Below are positions 28,501 through 41,800 of a stretch of 64,000 nucleotides of DNA, in pieces. The notes beneath the pieces were generated by a model. The model worked only from the letters and a program-made list of their open reading frames with translations. It was not told the DNA's origin and did no database searches. Both the position numbers and the translations under genes were made by a program. Origin of the DNA: Eledone cirrhosa (Eukaryota); NCBI GenBank assembly GCA_964016885.1, contig OZ024744.1:11594001-11658000 (forward strand), given 5' to 3'. The stretch's first letter is position 1. Every line of letters begins with the position of its first letter.

Positions 28501-29807
28501 GTACTCCAATATATTGTGTTGTTGTACTCCAATATGTTGTGTTGCTGTACTCCAATATGGTGTGTCGTTGTACTCCAATATGTTGTGTTGTTGTACTCCA
28601 ATATGTTGTGTTGTTGTACTCCAATATGTTGTTGTACTCCAATATGTCATGTTGTCGTACACCAATATTTCATGTTGTTGTACTCCAATATGTCATGGTG
28701 TTGTACTCCAATATGTTGTGTTGTTGTACTCCAATATGTTGTGTTGTTGTACTCCAATATGTTGTGTTGTTGTACTCCAATATGTTGTGTTGTTGTACTC
28801 CAATATGTTGTGTTGTTGTACTCCAATATGTTGTGTTGTTGTACTCCAATATGTTGTGTTGTTGTACTCCAATATGCCATGTTGTTATACTCCATGATGT
28901 CGTGGTGTTGTACTCCAATATGTCATGTTGTTGTACTCCAATATTTCGTGTTGTTGTACTCCAATATGTCATAGGGGTTGTACTCCAATATGGTGTGTTG
29001 TTGTACTCCAATATGCTGTGTTGCTGTACTCCAATAGGTTGTGTTGTTGTACTCCAATATGCTGTGTTGGCTGTGCTCCAATACGTTGTGTTGTTGTACT
29101 CCAATATGTTGTGCTGCTGTACTCCAATATGTTGTGTTGTTGTACTCCAATATGTTGTGTTGTTGTACTCCAATATGTTGTGTTGTTGTACTCCAATCTA
29201 TATCGCTGTTGTACTCCAATATGTTGTGTTGTTGTACTCCAATATGTTGTGCTGTTGTACTCCAATATGTTGTGCTGTTGTACTCCAATATTTTGTGCTG
29301 TTATACTCCAATATATTGTGTTGTTATACACCAATATGTTGTGTTGTTGTACTCCAAAATATTGTGTTGTTATACTCCAATATGTTGTGTTGTTATACTC
29401 CAATATGTTGTGCTGTTATACTCCAATATGTTGTGTTGTTGTACTCCAATATGTTGTGCTGTTATACTCCAATATTTTGTGTTGTTATACTCCAATATGT
29501 GGTATTGTTGTACTCCAATATGTTGTGCTGTTGTACTCCAATATGTTGTGTTGTTATACTCCAACATGTTATGTTGTTATACTCCAATATGTTGTGTTGT
29601 TATACTCGAATATGTTGTGTTGTTATACTCGAATATCTTGTGTTGTTATACTCGAATATGTTGTGCTGTTGTACTCCAATATGTCGTGTTGTTGTACTCC
29701 AATATATCATGTAGTTGTACTCCAATATTTCGTGTTGTTGTACCCCAATATGTAGTGTTGTTTATATTCCAATATGTTTTGCTGTTGTACTCCAATATGT
29801 TGTGTTG
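16575..29807 (+). repeat. Near-perfect tandem duplication, period 6,606 bp (16575-23201 matches 23181-29807)
   Basis: ORF entries repeat at +6606 (16772/23378, 17834/24440, 19832/26438, 22319/28925). I found only two mismatches by eye: 16865 C vs 23471 A and 21607 C vs 28213 T. Confidence 0.95.
16715..17615 (+). repeat. Recurrent ~0.9-kb variant module (cataggggtt ... ggctgtgctcc ... tctatatcgct ... three consecutive actcgaat monomers); first copy
   Basis: The cataggggtt marker occurs at ~16819, 22364, 23425, 28970, 31623, 37120 and 49791, and in diverged form (cataagggct) at ~62083. 5'-truncated copies start at ~41040 and ~53710. Confidence 0.85.
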
Positions 29808-32800
29808 CTGTACTCCTATATGTTGTGTTGTTATTCTCCAATATGTTGTGTTGTTGTACTCCAATCTGTTGTGTTGTTATACTCCAATGTGTTGTGTTGT
29901 TATACTCCAACATGTTGTGTTGTTATACTCCAATATTTCGTGTGGTTGTACTCCAATATGTCATGGTGTTGTACTTCAATATGTCGTGTTGTTGTACTCC
30001 AATATGTTGTCTTGCTGTACTCCAATCTGTTGTATTGTTGTACTTCAATATGTTCTGTTGTTGTACTCCAATATATTGTGTTGTTGTACTCCAATATGTT
30101 GTGTTGTTGTACTCCAATATGTTGTGCTGTTGTACTCCAATATGATGTGCTGTTGTACTCCAATATGTTGTATTGTTGTTCTCCAATATGTCATGTTATA
30201 CTCCAATAAGTTGTGTTCTTGTACTCCAATATGTTGTGTTGCTGTACTCCAATATATCATGTTGTCGTACTCCAATATGTCATGTTATACTCCAATATGT
30301 CATTGTTGTACTCCAATATGTCGTGTTGTTGTACTCCAATATGTCGTGTTGTTGTACTCCAATATGTTGTGTTGTTGTACTCCAATATGTTGTGTTGTTG
30401 TACTCCAATATGTTGTGTTGTTGTACTCCAATATGTTCTGTTGTTGTACTCCAATATGTTTTGATGTTGTACTCCAATATGTTGTGTTGTTGTACTCCAA
30501 TATGTTGTGTAGTCGTACTCCAATATGTTGTGTTGTTGTACTCCAATATGCTGTGATGTTGTACTCCAATATGATGTGCTGTTGTACTCCAATGCGTTGT
30601 GTTGTTGTACTCCAATATGCTGTGTTGTTATACTCCAATATGTTGTGTTGTTATACTCCAATATGTTGTGTTGTTATACTCCAATATGTTGTGTTGTTTT
30701 ACTCCAATATGTTGTATTGTTGATCTCCAATATGTCATATTATACTCCAATAAGTTGTGTTCTTGTACTCCAATATGTGTTGTTGTTGTACTCCAATATG
30801 TTGCGTTGTTGTACTCCAATATATCATGTTGTCGTACTCCAATATGTCATGTTATACTCCAATATGTTTTGATGCTGTACTCCAATATGTTGTGTTGTTG
30901 TACTACAATATGTTGTGTTGTTGTACTCCAATATGTTGTGTTGTTATACTCCAATATGTTGTGCTGTTGTACTCCAATATGTTGTGTTGTTATACTCCAA
31001 TATGTAGTGTTGTTATACTCCAATATGTTATGTTGTTGTACTCCAATCTGTTGTGTTGTTATACTCCAATATATTGTGTTGTTATACTCCAATATGTTGT
31101 GTTGTTTTACTCCAATATGTTGTATTGTTGTACTCCAATATGTTGTATTGTTGTTCTCCAATATGTCATGTTATACTCCAATAAGTTGTGTTCTTGTACT
31201 CCAATATGTTGTGTAGTTGTACTCCAATATGTTGTGTTGTTGTACTCCAATATATCATGTTGTCGTACTCCAATATGTCATGTTATACTCCAATGTGTCA
31301 TTGTTGTACTCCAATATGTCGTGTTGTTGTACTCCAATATGTCGTGTTGTTGGACTCCAATATGTTGTGTTGTTGTACTCCAATATGTTGTGTTGTTGTA
31401 CTCCAATATGTTGTGTTGTTATACTCCAATATGTTATGTTGTTGTACTCCAATATGTCATGTTGTTGTACTCCAATATGTTTTGATTTTGTACTCCAATA
31501 TGTCGTGTTGTTATACTCCAATATGTTATGATGTTGTACTCCAATATATTGTGTTACTCCAATATTTCCAATATGCCATGTTGTTATACTCCAATAGGTT
31601 GTGTTGTTGTACTCCAATATGTCATAGGGGTTGTACTCCAATATGGTGTGTTGTTGTACTCCAATATGCTGTGTTGCTGTACTCCAATAGGTTGTGTTGT
31701 TGTACTCCAATATGCGGTGTTGGCTGTGCTCCAATACGTTGTGTTGTTGTACTCCAATATGTTGTGCTGCTGTACTCCAATATGTTGTGTTGTTGTACTC
31801 CAATATGTTGTGTTGTTGTACTCCAATATGTTGTGTTGTTGTACTCCAATCTATATCGCTGCTGTACTCCAATATGTTGTGTTGTTGTACTCCAATATGT
31901 TGTGCTGTTGTACTCCAATATGTTGTGATGTTGTACTCCAATATTTTGTGCTGTTATACTCCAATATATTGTGTTGTTATACTCCAATATGTTGTGTTGT
32001 TGTACTCCAAAATATTGTGTTGTTATACTCCAATATGTTGTGTTGTTATACTCCAATATGTTGTGCTGTTATACTCCAATATGTTGTGTTGTTGTACTCC
32101 AATATGTTGTGCTGTTATACTCCAATATTTTGTGTTGTTATACTCCAATATGTGGTATTGCTGTACTCCAATATGTTGTGCTGTTGTACTCCAATATGTT
32201 GTGTTGTTATACTCCAACATGTTGTGTTGTTATACTCCAATATGTTGTGTTGTTATACTCGAATATGTTGTGTTGTTATACTCGAATATATTGTGTTGTT
32301 ATACTCGAATATGTTGTGCTGTTGTACTCCAATATGTCGTGTTGTTGTACTCCAATATATCATGTAGTTGTACTCCAATATTTCGTGTTGTTGTACCCCA
32401 ATATGTAGTGTTGTTTATACTCCAATATGTTTTGCTGTTGTACTCCAATATGTTGTGTTGCTGTACTCCTATATGTTGTGTTGTTATTCTCCAATATGTT
32501 GTGTTGTTATACTCCAATGTGTTGTGTTGTTATACTCCAATATGTTGTGTTGTTGTAGTCCAATATGTTGTGTTGTCGTACTCCAATATGTTGTGTTGTT
32601 ATACTCCAATATTTCGTGTGGTTGTACTCCAATATGTCATGGTGTTGTACTTCAATATGTCGTGTTGTTGTACTCCAATATGTTGTCTTGCTGTACTCCA
32701 ATATGTTGTGTTGTTGTACTCCAATATCTTGTGTTCTTATACTCCAATATGTTGTGTTGTTATACTCCAATATGTTGTGTTGTTGTACTCCAATATGTTG

Positions 32801-35800
32801 TGCTGTTTTACTCCAATATGTTGTGTTGTTGTACTCCAATATGTTGTATTATTTTTCTCCAATATGTCATGTTATACTCCAATAAGTTGTGTTCTTGTAC
32901 TCCAATATGTTGTGTTGTTGTACTCCAATATATCATGTTGTCGTACTCCAATATGTCATGTTATACTCCAATATGTCATTGTTGTACTCCAATATGTCGT
33001 GTTGTTGTACTCCAATATGTCGTGTTGTTGTACTCCAATATGTTGTGTTGTTGTACTCCAATATGTTGTGTTGTTGTACTCCAATATGTTGTGTTGTTAT
33101 ACTCCAATATGTTATGTTGTTGTACTCCAATATGTCATGTTGTTGTACTCCAATATGTTTTGATGTTGTACTCCAATATGTTGTGTTGTTGTACTCCAAT
33201 ATGTTTTGATGTTGTACTCCAATATGTTGTGTTGTTGTACTCCAATATGTTGTGTAGTCGTACTCCAATATGTTGTGTTGTTGTACTCCAATATGCTGTG
33301 ATGTTGTACTCCAATATGATATGCTGTTGTACTCCAATGCGTTGTGTTGTTGTACTCCAATATGCTGTTTTGTTATACTCCAATATGTTGTGTTGTTGTA
33401 CTCCAATATGTTGTGTTGTTGTACTCCAATATGTTGTGTTGTTATACTCCAATATGTTGTGCTGTTGTACTCCAATATGTTGAGTTGTTATACTCCAATA
33501 TGTAGTGTTGTTATACTCCAATATGTTGTGTTGTTGTACTCCAATCTGTTGCGTTATACTCCAATATGTTGTGTTGTTATACTCCAATATGTTGTGTTGT
33601 TATACTCCAATATGTTGTGTTGTTTTACTCCAATATGTTGTATTGTTGATCTCCAATATGTCATATTATACTCCAATAAGTTGTGTTCTTGTACTCCAAT
33701 ATGTGTTGTTGTTGTACTCCAATATGTTGCGTTGTTGTACTCCAATATATCATGTTGTCGTACTCCAATATGTCATGTTATACTCCAATATGTTTTGATG
33801 CTGTACTCCAATATGTTGTGTTGTTGTACTACAATATGTTGTGTTGTTGTACTCCAATATGTTGTGTTGTTATACTCCAATATGTTGTGCTGTTGTACTC
33901 CAATATGTTGTGTTGTTATACTCCAATATGTAGTGTTGTTATACTCCAATATGTTGTGTTGTTGTACTCCAATCTGTTGTGTTGTTATACTCCAATATAT
34001 TGTGTTGTTATACTCCAATATGTTGTGTTGTTTTACTCCAATATGTTGTGTTGTTGTACTCCAATATGTTGTATTGTTGTTCTCCAATATGTCATGTTAT
34101 ACTCCAATAAGTTGTGTTCTTGTACTCCAATATGTTGTGTTGTTGTACTCCAATATGTTGTGTTGTTGTACTCCAATATATCATGTTGTCGTACTCCAAT
34201 ATGACATGTTATACTCCAATATGTCGTTGTTATACTCCAATATGTCATGATGTTGTACTCCAATATGTCGTGTTCTTGTACTCCAATATGTCGTGTTGTC
34301 GTACTCCAATATGTTGTGTTGTTGTACTCCAATATGTTGTGCTGTTGTACTCCAATATGTTGTGTTGTTGTACTCCAATATGTTGTGTTGTTATACTCCA
34401 ATATGTTGTGCTGTTGTACTCCAATATTTCGTGTTGTTGTACTCCAATACGTCGTGTTGTACTCCAATATGTTGTGTTGTTATACTCCAATATGTTGTTG
34501 TACTCCAATGTGTCTTGTTGTTGTACTCCAATATGTTTTGATGTTGTACTCCAATATGTTGTGTTGTTGTACTCCAATATGTTTTGATGTTGTACTCCAA
34601 TATGTTGTGTTGTTGTACTCCAATATGTTGTGTAGTCGTATTCCAATATGTTGTGTTGTTGTACTCTAATATGTTTTGTTGTTATTCTCCAATATGTTGT
34701 GATGTTGTACTCCAATGTGTTGTGTTGTTGTACTCCAATGTGATGTGTTGTTGTACTCCAATATGTTGTGCTGTTGTACTCCAATATTTTTTGTTTTTTG
34801 TACTCCAATATGTTGTGTTGTTATACTCCAATATGTTGTGTTGTTATACTCCAATATGGTGTGTTGTTGTACTCCAATATGTTGTATTGTTTTCTCCAAT
34901 ATGTCATGTTATACTCCAATATGGTGTGTTCGTGTACTCCAATATGTTGTGTTATTGTACTCCAATATGTTGCGTTGTTGTACTCCAATATGTTGTGTTG
35001 TTATACTCCAATATGTCGTGTGGCTGTACTCCAATATGTCATGTTGTTGTACTCCAATATGTCTTGTTATAGTCCAATATGTCGTGTTGTTGTACTCCAA
35101 TATATCATGTAGTTGTACTCCAATATTTCGTGTTGTTGTACCCCAATATGTAGTGTTGTTTATACTCCAATATGTTTTGCTGTTGTACTCCAATATGTTG
35201 TGTTGCTGTACTCCTATATGTTGTGTTGTTATTCTCCAATATGTTGTGCTGTTGTACTTCAATGTGTTGTGTTGTTATACTCCAATGTGTTGTGTTGTTA
35301 TACTCCAATATGTTGTGTTGTTGTAGTCCAATATGTTGTGTTGTCGTACTCCAATATGTTGTGTTGTTATACTCCAATATTTCGTGTGGTTGTACTCCAG
35401 TATGTCATGGTGTTGTACTTCAATATGTCGTGTTGTTGTACTCCAATATGTTGTCTTGTTGTACTCCAATCTGTTGTATTGTTGTACTTCAATATGTTCT
35501 GTTGTTGTACTCCAATATATTGTGTTGTTGTACTCCAACATGTTGTGTTGTTGTACTCCAATATGCTGTGTTGTTGTACTCCAATATGTTGTGTTGTTGT
35601 ACTCCAATATGTTGTGTTGTTGTACTCCAATATCTTGTGTTCTTATACTCCAATATGTTGTGTTGTTATACTCCAATATGTTGTGTTGTTGTACTCCAAT
35701 AGGTTGTGCTGTTGTACTCCAATATGATGTGCTGTTGTACTCCAATATGTTGTGTTGTTGTACTCCAATGTGTTGTGTTGTTGTACTCCAATATGGTGTG

Positions 35801-38800
35801 CCGTTGTACTCCAATATTTTTTTGTTTTTGTACTCCAAAATGTTGTGTTGTTATACTCCAATATGTTGTGTTGGTGTACTCCAATATGGTGTGCTGTTGT
35901 ACTCCAAATCTCGTGTTGTTATACTCCAATGTGTTGTGTTGTTATACTCCAATATGGTGTGTTGTTGAACTCCAATATGTTGTATTGTTTTTCTCCAATA
36001 TGTCATGTTATACTCCAATATGTCGTGTTGCTGTACTCCAATATGTCATGCTGTTGTACTCCAATATGTTTTGCTGTTGTACTCCACCGTGTTGTGTTGT
36101 TGAACTCCAATACGTTGTGTTGTTGTTCTCCAATATTTTGTGCTGTTGTACTCCAATTTGTGTTGTTGTACTCCAATATGTTGTGTTGTTGTACTCCAAT
36201 ATGTTGTGTTGTTGTACTCCAATATGTTGTGTTGTTATACTCCAATATGTTGTGCTGTTGTACTCCAATATTTCGTGTTGTTGTACTCCAATACGTCGTG
36301 TTGTTGTACTCCAATATGTTTTGATGTTGTACTCAAATATGTTGTGTTGTTGTACTCCAATATGTTTTGATGTTGTACTCCAATATGTTGTGTTGTTGTA
36401 CTCCAATATGTTGTGTAGTCTTACTCCAATATGTTGTGTTGTTGTACTCCAATATGCTGTGATGTTGTACTCCAATATGATGTGATGTTGTACTCCAATG
36501 TGTTGTGTTGTTGTACTCCAATGTGATGTGTTGTTGTACTCCAATATGTTGTGTTGTTATACTCCAATATGTTATGTTGTTGTACTCCAATATGTCATGT
36601 TGTTGTACTCCAATATGTTTTGATGTTGTACTCCAATATGTCGTGTTGTTATACTCCAATATGTTATGATGTTGTACTCCAATATATTGTGTTGTTGTAC
36701 TCCAATATGTTGTGTCGTTGTACTCCAATACGTTGTGTTGTTGTACTCCAATATGTTGTGTTGTTGTACTCCAATATGTTGTTGTACTCCAATATGCCAT
36801 GTTGTCGTACTCCAATATTTCGTGTTGTTGTACTCCAATATGTCATGGTGTTGTACTCCAATATGTTGTGTTGTTGTACTCCAATATGTTGTGTTGTTGT
36901 ACTCCAGTATGTTGTGTTGTTGTACTCCAATATGTTGTGTTGTTGTACTCCAATATGTTGTGTTGTTGTACTCCAATATGTTGTGTTGTTGTACTCCAAT
37001 ATGTTGTGTTGTTGTACTCCAATATGCCATGTTGTTATACTCCAATATGTGGTGGTGTTGTACTCCAATATGTCATGTTGTTGTACTCCAATATTTCGTG
37101 TTGTTGTACTCCAATATGTCATAGGGGTTGTACTCCAATATGCTGTGTTGCTGTACTCCAATAGGTTGTGTTGTTGTACTCCAATATGCTGTGTTGGCTG
37201 TGCTCCAATACGTTGTGTTGTTGTACTCCAATATGCTGTGCTGCTGTACTCCAATATGTTGTGTTGTTGTACTCCAATATGTTGTGTTGTTGTACTCCAA
37301 TATGTTGTGTTGTTGTACTCCAATCTATATCGCTGTTGTACTCCAATATGTTGTGTTGTTGTACTCCAATATGTTGTGCTGTTGTACTTCAATATGTTGT
37401 GCTGTTGTACTCCAATATTTTGTGCTGTTATACTCCAATATATTGTGTTGTTATACTCCAATATGTTGTGTTGTTGTACTCCAAAATATTGTGTTGTTAT
37501 ACTCCAATATGTTGTGTTGTTATACTCCAATAAGTTGTGCTGTTATACTCCAATATGTTGTGTTGTTGTACTCCAATATGTTGTGCTGTTATACTCCAAT
37601 ATTTTGTGTTGTTATACTCCAATATGTGGTATTGTTGTACTCCAATATGTTGTGCTGTTGTACTCCAATATGTTGTGTTGTTATACTCCAACATGTTGTG
37701 TTGTTATACTCCAATATGTTGTGTTGTTATACTCGAATATGTTGTGTTGTTATACTCGAATATATTGTGTTGTTATACTCGAATATGTTGTGCTGTTGTA
37801 CTCCAATATGTCGTGTTGTTGTACTCCAATATATCATGTAGTTGTACTCCAATATTTCGTGTTGTTGTACCCCAATATGTAGTGTTGTTTATACTCCAAT
37901 ATGTTTTGCTGTTGTACTCCAATATGTTGTGTTGCTGTACTCCTATATGTTGTGTTGTTATTCTCCAATATGTTGTGCTGTTGTACTCCAATGTGTTGTG
38001 TTGTTATACTCCAATATGTTGTGTTGATTTACTCCAATATGTTGTGTTGTTGTACTCCAATCTGTTGTGTTGTTATACTCCAATGTGTTGTGTTGTTATA
38101 CTCCAATATGTTGTGTTGTTGTAGTCCAATATGTTGTGTTGTCGTACTCCAATATGTTGTGTTGTTATACTCCAATATTTCGTGTGGTTGTACTCCAATA
38201 TGTCATGGTGTTGTACTTCAATATGTCGTGTTGTTGTACTCCAATATGTTGTCTTGCTGTACTCCAATATGTTGTGTTGTTGTACTCCAATATCTTGTGT
38301 TCTTATACTCCAATATGTTGTGTTGTTATACTCCAATATGTTGTGTTGTTGTACTCCAATATGTTGTGCTGTTTTACTCCAATATGTTGTGTTGTTGTAC
38401 TCCAATATGTTGTATTGTTTTTCTCCAATATGTCATGTTATACTCCAATAAGTTGTGTTCTTGTACTCCAATATGTTGTGTTGTTGTACTCCAATATATC
38501 ATGTTGTCGTACTCCAATATGTCATGTCATACTCCAATATGTCATTGTTGTACTCCAATATGTCGTGTTGTTGTACTCCAATATGTCGTGTTGTTGTACT
38601 CCAATATGTTGTGTTGTTGTACTCCAATATGTTGTGTTGTTGTACTCCAATATGTTGTGTTGTTATACTCCAATATGTTATGTTGTTGTACTCCAATATG
38701 TCATGTTGTTGTACTCCAATATGTTTTGATGTTGTACTCCAATATGTTGTGTTGTTGTACTCCAATATGTTTTGATGTTGTAGTCCAATATGTTGTGTTG

Positions 38801-38885
38801 TTGTACTCCAATATGTTGTGTAGTCGTACTCCAATATGTTGTGTTGTTGTACTCCAATATGCTGTGATGTTGTACTCCAATATGA

Positions 38886-41800
38886 TGTGCTGTTGTACTC
38901 CAATGCGTTGTGTTGTTGTACTCCAATATGCTGTGTTGTTATACTCCAATATGTTGTGTTGTTGTACTCCAATATGTTGTGTTGTTGTACTCCAATATGT
39001 TGTGTTGTTGTAATCCAATATCTTGTGTAGTTATACTCCAATATGTTGTGCTGTTGTACTCCAATATGTTGAGTTGTTATACTCCAATATGTAGTGTTGT
39101 TATACTCCAATATGTTGTGTTGTTGTACTCCAATCTGTTGCGTTATACTCCAATATGTTGTGTTGTTATACTCCAATATGTTGTGTTGTTATACTCCAAT
39201 ATGTTGTGTTGTTTTACTCCAATATGTTGTATTGTTGATCTCCAATATGTCATATTATACTCCAATAAGTTGTGTTCTTGTACTCCAATATGTGTTGTTG
39301 TTGTACTCCAATATGTTGCGTTGTTGTACTCCAATATATCATGTTGTCGTACTCCAATATGTCATGTTATACTCCAATATGTTTTGATGCTGTACTCCAA
39401 TATGTTGTGTTGTTGTACTACAATATGTTGTGTTGTTGTACTCCAATATGTTGTGTTGTTATACTCCAATATGTTGTGTTGTTGTACTCCAATATGCTGT
39501 GTTGTTATACTCCAATATGTAGTGTTGTTATACTCCAATATGTTGTGTTGTTTTACTCCAATCTGTTGTGTTGTTATACTCCAATATATTGTGTTGTTAT
39601 ACTCCAATATGTTGTGTTGTTTTACTCCAATATGTTGTGTTGTTGTACTCCAATATGTTGTATTGTTGTTCTCCAATATGTCATGTTATACTCCAATAAG
39701 TTGTGTTCTTGTACTCCAATATGTTGTGTTGTTGTACTCCAATATGTTGTGTTGTTGTACTCCAATATATCATGTTGTCGTACTCCAATATGTCATGTTA
39801 TACTCCAATATGTCGTTGTTATACTCCAATATGTCATGATGTTGTACTCCAATATGTCGTGTTCTTGTACTCCAATATGTCGTGTTGTCGTACTCCAATA
39901 TGTTGTGTTGTTGTACTCCAATATGTTGTGCTGTTGTACTCCAATATGTTGTGTTGTTGTACTCCAATATGTTGTGCTGTTATACTCCAATATGGTGTGC
40001 TGTTGTACTCCAATATTTCGTGTTGTTGTACTCCAATACGTCGTGTTGTACTCCAATATGTTGTGTTGTTATACTCCAATATGTTATGTTGTTGTACTCC
40101 AATGTGTCTTGTTGTTGTACTCCAATATGTTTTGATGTTGTACTCCAATATGTTGTGTTGTTGTACTCCAATATGTTTTGATGTTGTACTCCAATATGTT
40201 GTGTTGTTGTACTCCAATATGTTGTGTAGTCGTATTCCAATATGTTGTGTTGTTGTACTCTAATATGTTTTGTTGTTATTCTCCAATATGTTGTGATGTT
40301 GTACTCCAATGTGTTGTGTTGTTGTACTCCAATGTGATGTGTTGCTGTACTCCAATATGTTGTGCTGTTGTACTCCATATTTTTTGTTTTTTTGTACTCC
40401 AATATGTTGTGTTGTTATACTCCAATATGTTGTGTTGTTATACTCCAATATGGTGTGTTGTTGTACTCCAATATGTTGTATTGTTTTCTCCAATATGTCA
40501 TGTTATACTCCAATATGGTGTGTTCGTGTACTCCAATATGTTGTGTTATTGTACTCCAATATGTTGCGTTGTTGTACTGCAATATGTTGTGTTGTTATAC
40601 TCCAATATGTCGTGTGGCTGTACTCCAATATGTCATGTTGTTGTACTCCAATATGTCTTGTTATAGTCCAATATGTCGTGTTGTTGTACTCCAATATATC
40701 ATGTAGTTGTACTCCAATATTTCGTGTTGTTGTACCCCAATATGTAGTGTTGTTTATACTCCAATATGTTTTGCTGTTGTACTCCAATATGTTGTGTTGC
40801 TGTACTCCTATATGTTGTGTTGTTATTCTCCAATATGTTGTGCTGTTGTACTCCAATGTGTTGTGTTGTTATACTCCAATGTGTTGTGTTGTTATACTCC
40901 AATATGTTGTGTTGTTGTAGTCCAATATGTTGTGTTGTCGTACTCCAATATGTTGTGTTGTTATACTCCAATATTTCGTGTGGTTGTACTCCAGTATGTC
41001 ATGGTGTTGTACTTCAATATGTCGTGTTGTTGTACTCCAATATGCTGTGTTGGCTGTGCTCCAATACGTTGTGTTGTTGTACTCCAATATGCTGTGCTGC
41101 TGTACTCCAATATGTTGTGTTGTTGTACTCCAATATATTGTGTTGTTGTACTCCAATATGTTGTGTTGTTGTACTCCAATCTATATCGCTGTTGTACTCC
41201 AATATGTTGTGTTGTTGTACTCCAATATGTTGTGCTGTTGTACTCCAATATGTTGTGCTGTTGTACTCCAATATGTTGTGCTGTTATACTCCAATATATT
41301 GTGTTGTTATACTCCAATATGTTGTGTTGTTGTACTCCAAAATATTGTGTTGTTATACTCCAATATGTTGTGTTGTTATACTCCAATAAGTTGTGCTGTT
41401 ATACTCCAATATGTTGTGTTGTTGTACTCCAATATGTTGTGCTGTTATACTCCAATATTTTGTGTTGTTATACTCCAATATGTGGTATTGTTGTACTCCA
41501 ATATGTTGTGCTGTTGTACTCCAATATGTTGTGTTGTTATACTCCAACATGTTGTGTTGTTATACTCCAATATGTTGTGTTGTTATACTCGAATATGTTG
41601 TGTTGTTATACTCGAATATCTTGTGTTGTTATACTCGAATATGTTGTGCTGTTGTACTCCAATATGTCGTGTTGTTGTACTCCAATATATCATGTAGTTG
41701 TACTCCAATATTTCGTGTTGTTGTACCCCAATATGTAGTGTTTATACTCCAATATGTTTTGCTGTTGTACTCCAATATGTTGTGTTGCTGTACTCCTATA

